A stretch of 63,990 bases of DNA, counting the filler, from Octopus bimaculoides (taxonomy: Eukaryota), in assembly GCF_001194135.2 (NCBI RefSeq). It is 10 parts of 10 records of this genome, joined end to end, with 100 filler letters (N's around TTAATTAATTAA, not from the genome) between each part and the next. Parts side by side here need not be neighbours in the genome. Positions count along the whole stretch, not along the records: positions 43,554 to 54,117 come from NC_068988.1; positions 54,218 to 62,190 come from NC_068990.1; positions 62,291 to 63,990 come from NW_026420838.1; 7 more parts are not named here. One strand, written 5' to 3'. The position numbers and the translations under genes were made by a program. The notes below the pieces were generated by a model. It ran no database searches and had not been told where the DNA came from. It was given only the letters and a program-made list of their open reading frames with translations. Shown in pieces: positions 52,542 to 63,990 of the stretch; position 1 is the stretch's first letter, and the number at the start of each line of letters is the position of its first letter.

Positions 52542-53537
52542 CGATCTGTTTAGATAAAATCCACAGCAAAGCATGACAATCAAAGCAAATAGGCAGCCGG
52601 ACGCCAAGAATAATGCGTAGATGTGTATATGCGAATTAATTTGGAATGAATCCTCTATTATTCCATAAGCGGCAATAGAGCAGCTAATAAAACTGCCAAG
52701 GACAATAAATCCTGAAATAATTTTGAATGAATCATTTTCTAATTTCAGGATTATAATCAAGGTGTCATGAGTGTTATATATTCTTATAATTTGTCTGTGT
52801 TTGTTGAAAACTTTTGAATTAGCTGATTGAGTTTCCTTTACAAAACGGTCAGCCTTATTCGCTACTTTGTTAAACTCATGAGTAAGTGCAATCCCAGTTA
52901 TAAGATCTATGTACAAATCAAGTAATACGGACAGAAGTGACATGCAGTTTAACACAACCTGGATTGTGAAAAATAGGATTTTATAACTATTATTGTTAGA
53001 TACAGGAAATATGAAGAACAACAGCAACTCTTGACTTATAAGCGGTAATACCACCTCCAAAATTACGCAAATTATCATAGTCAAAGTTAAAAATATACAT
53101 AAAGTTATATATGAATATATAAAGTTTTTGTTATAGAATTTGCAATCTTCATCTTCAATTTTAATTTGGGCAAACGTTTAGATTAGTTCTTGGTGTTTAG
53201 AATTTCGTAAAAGCTTCAACAAAGACAGGAAAGGAAGCACTGGTAAAAAAATTATTTGAATATACACAAATATTTCATCAGTTTTTAAAGTGCGCCTGTC
53301 CATAAAATATGCAATGTGTCGAATAGGGTCCACAATGAAATATATACAGAGCAGTAAATAAAATATTTGCGAAGAAATTATTTTAAAATTTAATGATTTG
53401 AGTGATGATATGTTGAAATTTACTTTCTTAAAATTATTGCATCTTTGATAGAATTTCAGAATTTCAAAAAACTTCGTTTCTTTTAATGTCATGTTTTTTA
53501 AAGTTCCAGCTTCTTCACAAGTTATTTGTGTATCCAT
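52542..53537 (-). pseudogene. Gustatory-receptor-like paralogue, copy B, long exon with one in-frame premature stop
   Basis: Track ORFs 53178..53537 and 52494..53084 are in one frame, separated only by TAA at 53178-53180 (ELI*TFAQIKIEDEDCKFY versus ELLESFAKVNIEEEDRKFY in copy A). 332 codons end ...GFYLNRS with a phase-0 donor TCG|GTAAGT at the same position as in copy A. Confidence 0.75.
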
Positions 53538-53944
53538 CTTTAAAACAAAACGTATAAACCACGTTATCTCTAATTATTTGTCAATTTCTTAGTTATTCTA
53601 ATTATTTGTGGAACATATTTCTGTGAAAATCATTAAAAAATATGCGATAAACGATATGTAATCCAGGGGAAGGATTTCCTGTTCCCATGTATTTAAATAA
53701 GTCATATCAGTTTCACGCTCTGTCATAGAGCAGAATCAATCCAATTTTGACTAGAATTAATCCAGCAGAGAAAATGCGCAATATCTAATGTTTACAAAGT
53801 GGGCAGTAATATGAAAATAATAATGTCTGCAAATGTGTCTATGTAATTAGGGATAATGCATTAACAAATTACGTATGAAGAGTATCTCATGAATTACTAT
53901 GCGTTATGATTAAGTAATTGTCATTGTTCATATCTAAAGCAAAC

Positions 53945-54088
53945 AGCTATGATGTTTCGAGACCACATGATTCAGGGTTCAGTCCCATTGCGTGGCACCT
54001 TGGGTAACTGTCTTCTGCTATAGCTTCGGGTCGCCCAAGGGTTTGTGAATGAATTTGATAGACGGAATCTGAAAGATGACCGTCGTGT
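53945..54088 (+). mobile_element. SINE family 1 head
   Basis: GGGTTCAGTCCCATTGCGTGGCACCTTGGG...CTGAAAGATGACCGTCG. Confidence 0.75.
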
Positions 54089-54821
54089 ATACATAAGCAT
54101 ATATATATATATATATANNNNNNNNNNNNNNNNNNNNNNNNNNNNNNNNNNNNNNNNNNNNTTAATTAATTAANNNNNNNNNNNNNNNNNNNNNNNNNNN
54201 NNNNNNNNNNNNNNNNNTATATATATACGTATATATATATATATATGTATATATATGTGTGTGAGTGTATGATGTTTATCATACATGTATACACACACAC
54301 ACACACATATATCATATTATGTTATATTATAAAGTGTTGAAAAATGCTAGTTACTACTGAACATTTCTCGCATCCAATCAATCACGTCAAGTGAGTTTTC
54401 ACATGAGAGTACAATTCAGAATAGAAGGAATAACAGCAACATTTATTGGTAGAATTTTAATCGATTTGCAGAACCATGCACCATACATTATATTGGTGAA
54501 TAGAGCGTAAGGGTTTGAAAAGAAGGGGAGAATAAATCTTTTTGTCATGAACGAATCGTTAAGAACTGAATAAAATTGAAGTGTCTGGAGAATGTGCTGA
54601 AACCTAATTAGACGAAGCTCTGTAAAACAATGGCTACATGATATTTAGACAAAGAAGATCATATACCCTGATTCCTACTATTCGTGATGTTTAGTCTGCA
54701 GCAGTTGTCTTACGGGTGTGCATTGTTAACTTTTTTTTCATAATTTTTATGAACAAGAGATTGACACACGCAGCCGTTGTGGCGGTGGTATCACAATCAG
54801 TGGAAGTAAGATCTATCGGCT

Positions 54822-54962
54822 GATATTTGAAGACGACATAGTGCTATTCGACCCATCAAAAGATGATCTCCAGAATGCATTGAATAGGTTCACTGCCGAG
54901 TGCTGCAAGGCGGGGATGAGAATTAGTGTCAGGAAGACTGAGACATTGGTTCTCTCAAGATA
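54822..54962 (+). mobile_element. RTE-like reverse transcriptase fragment
   Basis: LIFEDDIVLFDPSKDDLQNALNRFTAECCKAGMRISVRKTETLV (degenerate YADD box and downstream). Confidence 0.65.
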
Positions 54963-56137
54963 GTCATCCTAGTGCACTCTGTATTATTATATGTATGTGT
55001 AAATTTGTGTGTGGAAGGAACAACATTTCTTTCAAACATATTACTTCGAAAATACTTTTGAGTTCGCAGCGCATACATTTCATTAATATTTTTAAATGTT
55101 TCTTGATTAGTCCTTCATGTCCAGTTTGGAACAATAGCGATTCTAACTATATTATCGCCCATAGGTCTTCGCAGTTTCATCTTCCGAATTAAGTATATAA
55201 TAGAGGAGTTTTTATTGCCGTATTTTGCTTGTAGACAGCAAGGACAACGCAAATGCTATTGTACATGTTAAATTTATCATAAGCAGTTGAAATATTTTTT
55301 TTTATCATAAGATCCAAGTAACTTTTAGTAACTACAAATCGTTCTTAGTTTATTTCTTGAATGACGTATTAATTTTCTAGGTATATTGCAGTGAATACAG
55401 TTTCCATGACAAATGTTTTAGTTTTACGTGGAATCCTACGAAAGATAGAAGTATTATCTACTAACGATTTCCAATCTACGTTTGCCTCGCTTTATGAATT
55501 GTATTGTGCGGCAATGCTTCGTGTTACAAATGCATAGACAGCCGAGGAAGAAGTGTTGTAATTATGAGTCCCATATAATAGTTTGGGTTATGATGTTTGC
55601 AACTGTCAGGCTTACATAAATATTTATACATATTCATTCTCTGAGGTACATTCCTTGGTTTGGAGATTTGTTGCTTCATGCTGAAGATGCTTTAAATTTC
55701 GTGTTTATGTAATATATTCTTAGCTACAATGTGTGCATATTTAAGCATTTTATAACTGGAATGATTTTCGTTCGTTTAGTACAATCGTGGGCAACTTATG
55801 ACGCGCAGGAGATTCTGAATGGTACACCTAAAGAAAAATTACGTTGAATCTTTTAGTAATGCGCTTCGCCAGATGACGAGCCTTGTCTCATGCGGTCCGA
55901 TTTTCGAGAAAGATTTCCCATTCCTGAATTAGTAGTATATTCTTTATGTGAATTGTGGGCTGGTTCGGTTATATTCGCGAGAGTAATATGCTTTTGTATT
56001 GCCCAAGAGCATTTATGTATTCGAATAGCTATCATTTTTGATAAGAGTTTGTTTAATAAACACACACACACACACACACACACATATGTGTGTGTGAATA
56101 TGCATGTGTATGTGTATGTGTATGTATATATTTATGT

Positions 56138-56225
<88 letters not shown>

Positions 56226-56318
56226 ATATATATTTATCCATACATATACACATGTATTTATATGGCATCTTCTTGAATTCTTGTATATGATATATCTGCG
56301 TGTATACGTATATATATG

Positions 56319-56992
56319 CAGGGTGCGATGGGTAATTGTCGCCGTTTTATATTTTTTATTTCGCGCATGCGCATTGTTTTTAATTTTGTCGACTACACAG
56401 TAGGGTAAGGTCAGTTGGACACCGTCTATGAGAAAAACAGAACCATGACGCAATTCACTCTGCTGGAAATTTGGAAACAACATGCTCTACTGCTTGGCAT
56501 TCGCGCCGCAAGCTCCAGTACGAACGTTTCAGAGTGGAGTGGTTGGGTATCAATCTGCGGACAGTGCAACCTGAGGATATGTACTAAGAGTGATAAAATT
56601 CAAACATCCAGTCAACATCAGGGTGTTTGGAGTGATCACTAGTGATGGCGACGTTATGCCGCCATTCATCTTCCCACACGATCTCACATTCAACACAGAG
56701 GCCTTCATCAAGTGCCTGGAGGAGGTAGTGCGGCCCTGGGTCTAGAAGGTGGTTGCTGGAAGACCGTATGTCTGACAACAGGACTCTGCAACATGCTACA
56801 GAAGAATCCAGTAATGGCGAACACATAACACCTAACATCTGGCCACCTAACTCCCAAGACTGCAACTCCCTTGATTATTATGTGTGGGGCGCAGTTGAGC
56901 GATAGACCAACAAAACTCCTTGTAACACCAAAGATGAACTGAAGGCAAGGAGTATGGCAGCATTCACCAACAAGGAGACCGTCCAGAAGAGT
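56319..56992 (+). mobile_element. Internally deleted, degenerate mariner/maT-type transposon
   Basis: Terminus CAGGGTGCGATG... followed by the peptide FKHPVNIRVFGVITSDGDVMPPFIF...QQDSA...IWPPNSQDCNSLDYYVWGAVE with stops; truncated by the gap at 56993. Confidence 0.8.
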
Positions 56993-57486
56993 NNNNNNNN
57001 NNNNNNNNNNNNNNNNNNNNNNNNNNNNNNNNNNNNNNNNNNNNNNNNNNNNNNNNNNNNNNNNNNNNNNNNNNNNNNNNNNNNNNNNNNNNNNNNNNNN
57101 NNNNNNNNNNNNNNNNNNNNNNNNNNNNNNNNNNNNNNNNNNNNNNNNNNNNNNNNNNNNNNNNNNNNNNNNNNNNNNNNNNNNNNNNNNNNNNNNNNNN
57201 NNNNNNNNNNNNNNNNNNNNNNNNNNNNNNNNNNNNNNNNNNNNNNNNNNNNNNNNNNNNNNNNNNNNNNNNNNNNNNNNNNNNNNNNNNNNNNNNNNNN
57301 NNNNNNNNNNNNNNNNNNNNNNNNNNNNNNNNNNNNNNNNNNNNNNNNNNNNNNNNNNNNNNNNNNNNNNNNNNNNNNNNNNNNNNNNNNNNNNNNNNNN
57401 ATATATATGCATATACATACATATATATGTATATACATATATACATATATATACATACATATACGTACATACATGCATACATACAT

Positions 57487-57551
<65 letters not shown>

Positions 57552-57931
57552 CATACAAGCATGCATACATATGTGTATGTGTGTAGGAATGTTTTTTAAG
57601 TATGTGCATATAAAAGTACACACATGTAGAAGATTTGTGAGTAATTGTTTATTATGGAAACATTAATGGATTTAAAAACAGTATTGCTCCCAACTGAACA
57701 TAAAAGAAATGTGAAAAAAACCATTAATAAAGAAGCTTAAACGCGAACAGAGACAAATCTTCAATGCAATTTTGAAACAAAAGCTATTCCCTTCATACAT
57801 AAATATATACGTATGTTTACTCACTCATACATACATTAAAGTGAATATATATTTTAAAGTAAATGGATCTCTGCTTCAATAATGAGTTTTCTCCTTCTTC
57901 GATCAACTGAACTACGTATACACTGCGTATA

Positions 57932-59203
57932 CAGGGGTTGGACAAAATGATGGAAACACCTAGCATCATAGCATCGTAATTTTGAAATATCTATAAAATC
58001 GTCAAAAGCTTCTTTATGTTTATATTTTTTGATTTATTTGTTGCTTAATATGTTTTGCTAATATTGGTGTTTATTTTCAGATATCATCATAAAAAGGTAA
58101 TTAAAATTCATTAAAATTACAGATCTATCAGACTTTCAAAGAGGTCAAATTGTTGGTCCTCCTATGGCAGGCTCTAGCGTAACGAAAACAGCCGAAATGT
58201 TTGGTGTATCAAGAAGTACTGTCTCGAAAGTAATGACAGCCTTTAAGAAAGAGGGAAAAACCTCCTCGTTGCAACAAACTACGGAAGAAAACCAAACCTT
58301 TCAGACAGGGACCGTCAGACTCGTACGCGAATTGTTAGAAAGGATCAAAAAAATGCAGCTCCCAAAATTACCGCACAGCTTAATGACCACCTTGAGAACC
58401 CAGTTTCCACAAAAACTGTTCGCCAGGAGCTGCACAAAGCCGGATTTCACGGGAGGGCTGCAATCAGAAAACAATTACTTTCAAAAACAAACTTTGCAAA
58501 GCGTTTAGAGTGGAGTAAAGATCTACAGAATTGGTCCCTAGAGCAGTGGAAGAATGTTATTCTCTCGGACGAGTCATCCTTTGCCTTATTTCCGACCACC
58601 GGCCGAGTATACACGTTGAGACAGCCAAAAGAAGCATTTGACCCAGACTGCCTTTTTCCAACTGTTAAACATGGAGGAAGATCTGTGATGATCTGGGGTA
58701 GGGGGCTATATCTTGGAAATCTGTCGGCCTAATGGTTTTCCTTCATGGCAGAATTAATAGTCCAGACTATTTAAGCATTTTATCTGATCAAATTCATCCT
58801 ACGGTTGCGGAAATGTTTCTAGAGGGAAACGCAATCTTTCAAGATGATAGTGCATCAATTCACACAGCTAAAGTTGTTACTGAATGGCACGAGGAACATT
58901 CTAATGAAGTTGAACATCTTATCTGGCCACCACAGTTCCCAGATCTCAATACTATTGAACATTTATGGTGCCTTCTAGAAAAACAAGTAAGGAGTCGATA
59001 TCCTCCACCATCATCACTACAAGAACTGGAGACTGTTTTAGCTGAAGAATGGACAAAAATTCCTTTGAAAAAAATTCAAACTTTGTACCAGTCCATAGCT
59101 CGTAGAATTTCAGCTGTAATTACTGCCAAAGGCGGTCCTACCCTATATTAAAATAAATTTGTTTTAAATTTTAAGGTGTTTCCATTATATTGTCCAAGCC
59201 CTG
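57932..59203 (+). mobile_element. Full-length (1272 bp) Tc1-like DNA transposon with decayed transposase, DD36E spacing
   Basis: TIRs CAGGGGTTGGACAAAATGATGGAAACACCT / AGGTGTTTCCATTATATTGTCCAAGCCCTG, with TA on both sides (57930-57931, 59204-59205). Frameshifted transposase at about 58116-59151: HTH region AEMFGVSRSTVSKV, catalytic SDES, FQDD and PDLNTIE, C-terminus AKGGPTLY. Confidence 0.93.
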
Positions 59204-59372
59204 TATGTGTGAGTGGTTCAGTATACCACAAGTATGTATATCCTTTACAGATAAATCTCAGCTAGAATCAGCATAACATAGTAAGGGACAAGACCGAGTG
59301 GACTTTTTAGATGCCAGTACATCATATACGACGGCAGGCTTCCAAACAGTTCATGCATGCCAAATTTCGCTG

Positions 59373-59374
<2 letters not shown>

Positions 59375-59421
<47 letters not shown>

Positions 59422-59830
59422 TCTATGTCTTCAACGCTCGGGAAAGAGAAACTCCTCTCTGGGCTCCTTCAAGTCTGTCTCAGGCAATCGTGGTCATGTA
59501 GGTCCCAGGTAGTGGGTGAGATCATCTCACCATCTTGTTTTCGGTAGGCCTCTTGATCTTGTCCATTGTTTTGGTGTCCATTCGTCAACCTGATTGTCTT
59601 TCTATTATCCTTCAGTCGTGTGATGTGACCAACCTATCTATACTTGTTTTCCTTCATGGTTTCTTATGATGCCGCTGATTCTCGTATGCTGTCGAATCCA
59701 GGCGCTGGTTTTCTTGTCCCGTAATGTGATGCCAATCATGATTTGTTCTATTTTCCGTGGGCGTTCGTGATGGTAGTGTTGAGAGCCCATGTTTCACTAC
59801 CGTAAAACATCACTGGCAGGATGTATTTTC
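59375..59830 (-). mobile_element. RTE-like LINE 3' end with (ATT)n tail
   Basis: Minus strand ILPVMFYGSETWAL...IGITLRDKKTSAWIRQ...W.P...R..G.PKTRW with frameshifts, ending in (TAA)n on the plus strand. Confidence 0.7.
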
Positions 59831-59861
59831 ACTGTATATTAATTAGGCTGTCAGATAAAAC

Positions 59862-60060
59862 GGCGAGCTGGCAGAGTAGTTAGCACAACGATAAAAATGC
59901 TTATCTAGATTTCACGTTTTTAATTTAAATACCCGCGAAGTCGAATTTTCCTTTTATCTATTCCGAGTCGATAAAATAAATACCTGTTGGGCACTGAGAT
60001 CGATGGTATCAACAACTAGCCTCTTCTACCAAAATTTCAGACCTTTTGCCTATTGTAGAA
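59862..60060 (+). mobile_element. SINE family 2 degenerate copy
   Basis: GGCGAGCTGGCAGAG...GAGTCGATAAAATAAATACC... Confidence 0.65.
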
Positions 60061-60735
60061 AAAAATATTAGTTATCAGATAAATTCATTCTTTTCTTTCA
60101 ATTTATTGTAATCCTTTCCCATGCTATTTGAATTAACACGAAAAAGACTTTTATCGTAATGTTTATTGGAGTTTTCTCATCTTTCTCCACAATTTTTGTT
60201 TATCGTTTTAGAAATTTGAATAAATTTTACTTTTTAGACATTTGACAATGGAGTGCTCAGAATAAAATTGAAAAAAATAATAAAAATAATAAACGAACAA
60301 ATGTGTCTTGCAATCCAATAAATTCAGTGTAGAGTTTTGTATGCGTGAGGTAGTGAGTGAGACGTCATGTTATCAACAGAGCATCGTAATTAAATGTGCG
60401 CGCGCGCGCGCGTGTGCGTGTGTGTGTGTGTGTATGTGTATGAGTGGAAGGGTTAGGGTTAGGGTCTGCTTGAATAGGGAATAACTTATTTTTTCAAACA
60501 TTTTATTTTATTTTAAAAATATGAATCTGTTTTTTAAGTTTTCTTTTTTGTTAGACTACTTTGTTAATCTTTATATATATTGGTTTGGTCTAACAATATT
60601 CCTAAATTTGTTAGTGTGACGTATCGAAATTTTCGTAATCTCATTTTCTAATGAATCTATTGTAATTGCATATGTGTGTGTATGTGTTTGTGTGTGTGTG
60701 TTTGTGTGAGTGTGTAAACTTCTTTTCCATGGTAG

Positions 60736-60774
<39 letters not shown>

Positions 60775-61276
60775 NNNNNNNNNNNNNNNNNNNNNNNNNN
60801 NNNNNNNNNNNNNNNNNNNNNNNNNNNNNNNNNNNNNNNNNNNNNNNNNNNNNNNNNNNNNNNNNNNNNNNNNNNNNNNNNNNNNNNNNNNNNNNNNNNN
60901 NNNNNNNNNNNNNNNNNNNNNNNNNNNNNNNNNNNNNNNNNNNNNNNNNNNNNNNNNNNNNNNNNNNNNNNNNNNNNNNNNNNNNNNNNNNNNNNNNNNN
61001 NNNNNNNNNNNNNNNNNNNNNNNNNNNNNNNNNNNNNNNNNNNNNNNNNNNNNNNNNNNNNNNNNNNNNNNNNNNNNNNNNNNNNNNNNNNNNNNNNNNN
61101 NNNNNNNNNNNNNNNNNNNNNNNNNNNNNNNNNNNNNNNNNNNNNNNNNNNNNNNNNNNNNNNNNNNNNNNNNNNNNNNNNNNNNNNNNNNNNNNNNNNN
61201 NNNNNNNNNNNNNNNNNNNNNNNNNNNNNNNNNNNNNNNNNNNNNNNNNNNNNNNNNNNNNNNNNNNNNNNNNNNA

Positions 61277-61610
61277 CACCGAAAGGATGAAAAGGAAAGT
61301 CGACCTTGGAGGAATTCGAACTCAGAACGTAAAGACATGAAATACCGCTAATCATTTCGCTCGGCGTGCTAACTTTTCTTATTTCTTTATTGCCAACAAG
61401 GGGCTAAACATAGAGGAGGCTAACAAGGACAGACAAAGGGATTAAGTCGATTAAATCGCCCCCAGTGCGTAACCGGTACTTAATTTATCGACCCCGAAAG
61501 GATAAAATGCAAAGTCGACCTCGGCGGAACTTGAACTCAGAACGTAACGGCAGACGAAATACCGCTAAACTTTTCGCCCGGCGTGCTAACTTTTCTGCCA
61601 ACTCGCCACC
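61277..61610 (-). mobile_element. SINE family 2 (GGCGAGTTGGCAGAA...GTTCAAATTCCGCCGAGGTCGAC), one near-complete and one partial copy
   Basis: Reverse complement of the family consensus also seen at 27098-27480, 8990-9225 and 59862-60060. Confidence 0.8.
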
Positions 61611-61975
61611 TTACTCTTGTAATATATTGACGAGCCTTTTGTTATCATTGCAAAAAAAACAAAAAAAAACTAACTTACCATTTTTTTTTTCCAGAATGTC
61701 TGTCTTGGGATAAAATCTTTTTTCTTTATTTTTCTTTTTCCTTCTGACAGATTTAGAATTCTTATGCTGCTGCTGCAGCTTATTTGATTAGTTGTTTTTC
61801 CTCGCCAATTTCGACATTCTTTCATTCTGGTGACATATCAGATCTCTGAGTCTTTGTCGAAATTGCTTAAACTTACATTCTTTTCTTTGAATCCTTTTTT
61901 CTGAATTAGTTATACACATACATACATACATACATACATACATACATACATACATACATACATGCAAACATGCAT

Positions 61976-62026
<51 letters not shown>

Positions 62027-62147
62027 CATATCTACGTATGTGTGTGTGTATGTGCATATATACATACATACATATATATATACATATACATATACATACA
62101 CATTTGTATATGTACATATATACACACACACAAACCCACACATACAC

Positions 62148-62190
<43 letters not shown>

Positions 62191-62292
62191 NNNNNNNNNN
62201 NNNNNNNNNNNNNNNNNNNNNNNNNNNNNNNNNNTTAATTAATTAANNNNNNNNNNNNNNNNNNNNNNNNNNNNNNNNNNNNNNNNNNNNGA

Positions 62293-62628
62293 ACAAAGTT
62301 TAAAATCAAAACCAATTTCTCTTGTTCCTCTGGGAACCTCCTTTATGACCTCACATGCGCAGGTTGCCAACACTACTATATCGGACAGACGAGCCTCCCG
62401 TTGCGCAGAAGAGTTGCAGTCCATAAAGAACAAATAAATCTCCCTCAACACCGCCAAACTCCACTCAGTGGCCACATAGACTCTTGTGCCAGAAACAAAA
62501 ACCCTAAATTCCTTATATTCCCTTTCTATCAATGTAAAGACAGAATTTCCATACAAGAAAGAATCAACAAGGAGAATCTTTTCATAGAGAAATTCCAACT
62601 ACTTCTTAACACACAAACCCCTCAGTGA
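62293..62628 (+). mobile_element. Penelope-like element GIY-YIG endonuclease C-terminus (open frame)
   Basis: KFKIKTNFSCSSGNLLYDLTCAGCQHYYIGQTSLPLRRRVAVHKEQI...ERINKENLFIEKFQLLLN has the NhhY-x-h-x-C-xx-C...YIGQT...R...H...E...N pattern. Upstream part is in the gap. Confidence 0.85.
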
Positions 62629-63427
62629 CCATATTTCTCTAAGAACTTCCTGTTGACAAAGAGTCCAGAACTCCAACTAAAGAGTATAAAACACACAGAA
62701 TTGTCTTCCCTTACACACACTTCCTGTTTTGACACCACACTTCCTGCTTAACGCATAAACCTCCAGCCCCTTTTCTTTTTTAAACCTAACACAACTCTCA
62801 ATTTCATGCATCCTAATTTTTCCAACTATTATCTACATGGATTACCATTGAACTTTAAAAGCTCAAAGACAATATAATGTATTGGTATATTTATTTTTTT
62901 ATATATTATTTTTTACTTTTTTGTAAAAAAAACATTTTCATTCTCCCTCTTCNNNNNNNNNNNNNNNNNNNNNNNNNNNNNNNNNNNNNNNNNNNNNNNN
63001 NNNNNNNNNNNNNNNNNNNNNNNNNNNNNNNNNNNNNNNNNNNNNNNNNNNNNNNNNNNNNNNNNNNNNNNNNNNNNNNNNNNNNNNNNNNNNNNNNNNN
63101 NNNNNNNNNNNNNNNNNNNNNNNNNNNNNNNNNNNNNNNNNNNNNNNNNNNNNNNNNNNNNNNNNNNNNNNNNNNNNNNNNNNNNNNNNNNNNNNNNNNN
63201 NNNNNNNNNNNNNNNNNNNNNNNNNNNNNNNNNNNNNNNNNNNNNNNNNNNNNNNNNNNNNNNNNNNNNNNNNNNNNNNNNNNNNNNNNNNNNNNNNNNN
63301 NNNNNNNNNNNNNNNNNNNNNNNNNNNNNNNNNNNNNNNNNNNNNNNNNNNNNNNNNNNNNNNNNNNNNNNNNNNNNNNNNNNNNNNNNNNNNNNNNNNN
63401 NNNNNNNNNNNNNNNNNNNNNNNNNNN

Positions 63428-63474
<47 letters not shown>

Positions 63475-63990
63475 GTATTGTATGGTCGAATACTTCTCAG
63501 TAAAAATGCAAATTATTTATAAGTATTTATTCATGTTTGCACTGTCGCTGCTCATTATTGACTCTCCTAGTTACAGGCCTTTGGCCATTATTTTCCCGTA
63601 TAAACATACATGATCATGTTTTTCACACTGCTGAATAACCGTTCTATTCTTAAGTTTTTTTTATTATATTTATGTGCATTAACTCTTCGTGATGTATGTA
63701 AACGTCCAGGCACAACCTATAAACCTTTCAAAATTAGCCGATGCTAAGGACATCATTATCCACTCGCAGAATCTAAGTTCCGGTGACGCTTTTACTTTCT
63801 CTCCGCTTTTGTTTGTATGGTATATATATATATATACTGTTTGTTATTGCTATCTTCATTATCACCAGTATCTCCACCGATATGAATACCACCACAATAA
63901 CCGCAATGTTTACAACTTCTTTAACCAATTACACCACCTTCAATAACCGGCATGACTATCATTCTATTCTGCGTTTATCTGCCCATGTAT

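Noticed and set aside
60450-60465. GGGTTAGGGTTAGGG
   Set aside because: Only 2.5 telomeric units, interstitial; not a telomere.
2968-63503. Long ORFs in the track dominated by X residues or IYIY/THTH/RERE/VCVC runs
   Set aside because: They run through N gaps or microsatellites and carry no coding signal.

Overview
AT-rich, gap-ridden eukaryotic scaffold dense in microsatellites. The SINE/LINE repertoire and the (TA)n/(CA)n/(TATC)n load point to an octopus-type cephalopod genome; this is inference, no search was run. Most of the window is simple repeats, SINEs, LINE fragments (L1/Tx1, R4/Dong-like, RTE, CR1-like, Penelope-like) and DNA transposons (a full-length Tc1-like element with DD36E spacing, a deleted maT/mariner copy, MITEs). 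Most entries in the ORF track are artefacts of N runs or microsatellites. The only clear host protein-coding signal is a tandem pair of minus-strand paralogues (47387-48364 and 52542-53537, about 40% identical by manual alignment). Each has a long exon encoding six hydrophobic helices, the H-x-x-L-x6-N motif before TM5, and a phase-0 donor at the same position right after TM6. This fits gustatory-receptor-like (GRL / 7tm_7 / 7TM ion channel) chemoreceptors. One copy is open; the other has a single GAA>TAA nonsense codon. The canonical TM7 terminal exon could not be located. Secondary signals: a minimal hammerhead-ribozyme motif, a telomere-repeat foldback MITE, a 41-bp near-perfect hairpin just downstream of the second receptor's long exon, and a GC-rich, possibly virus-like island flanked by convergent CCTCTTACC motifs.
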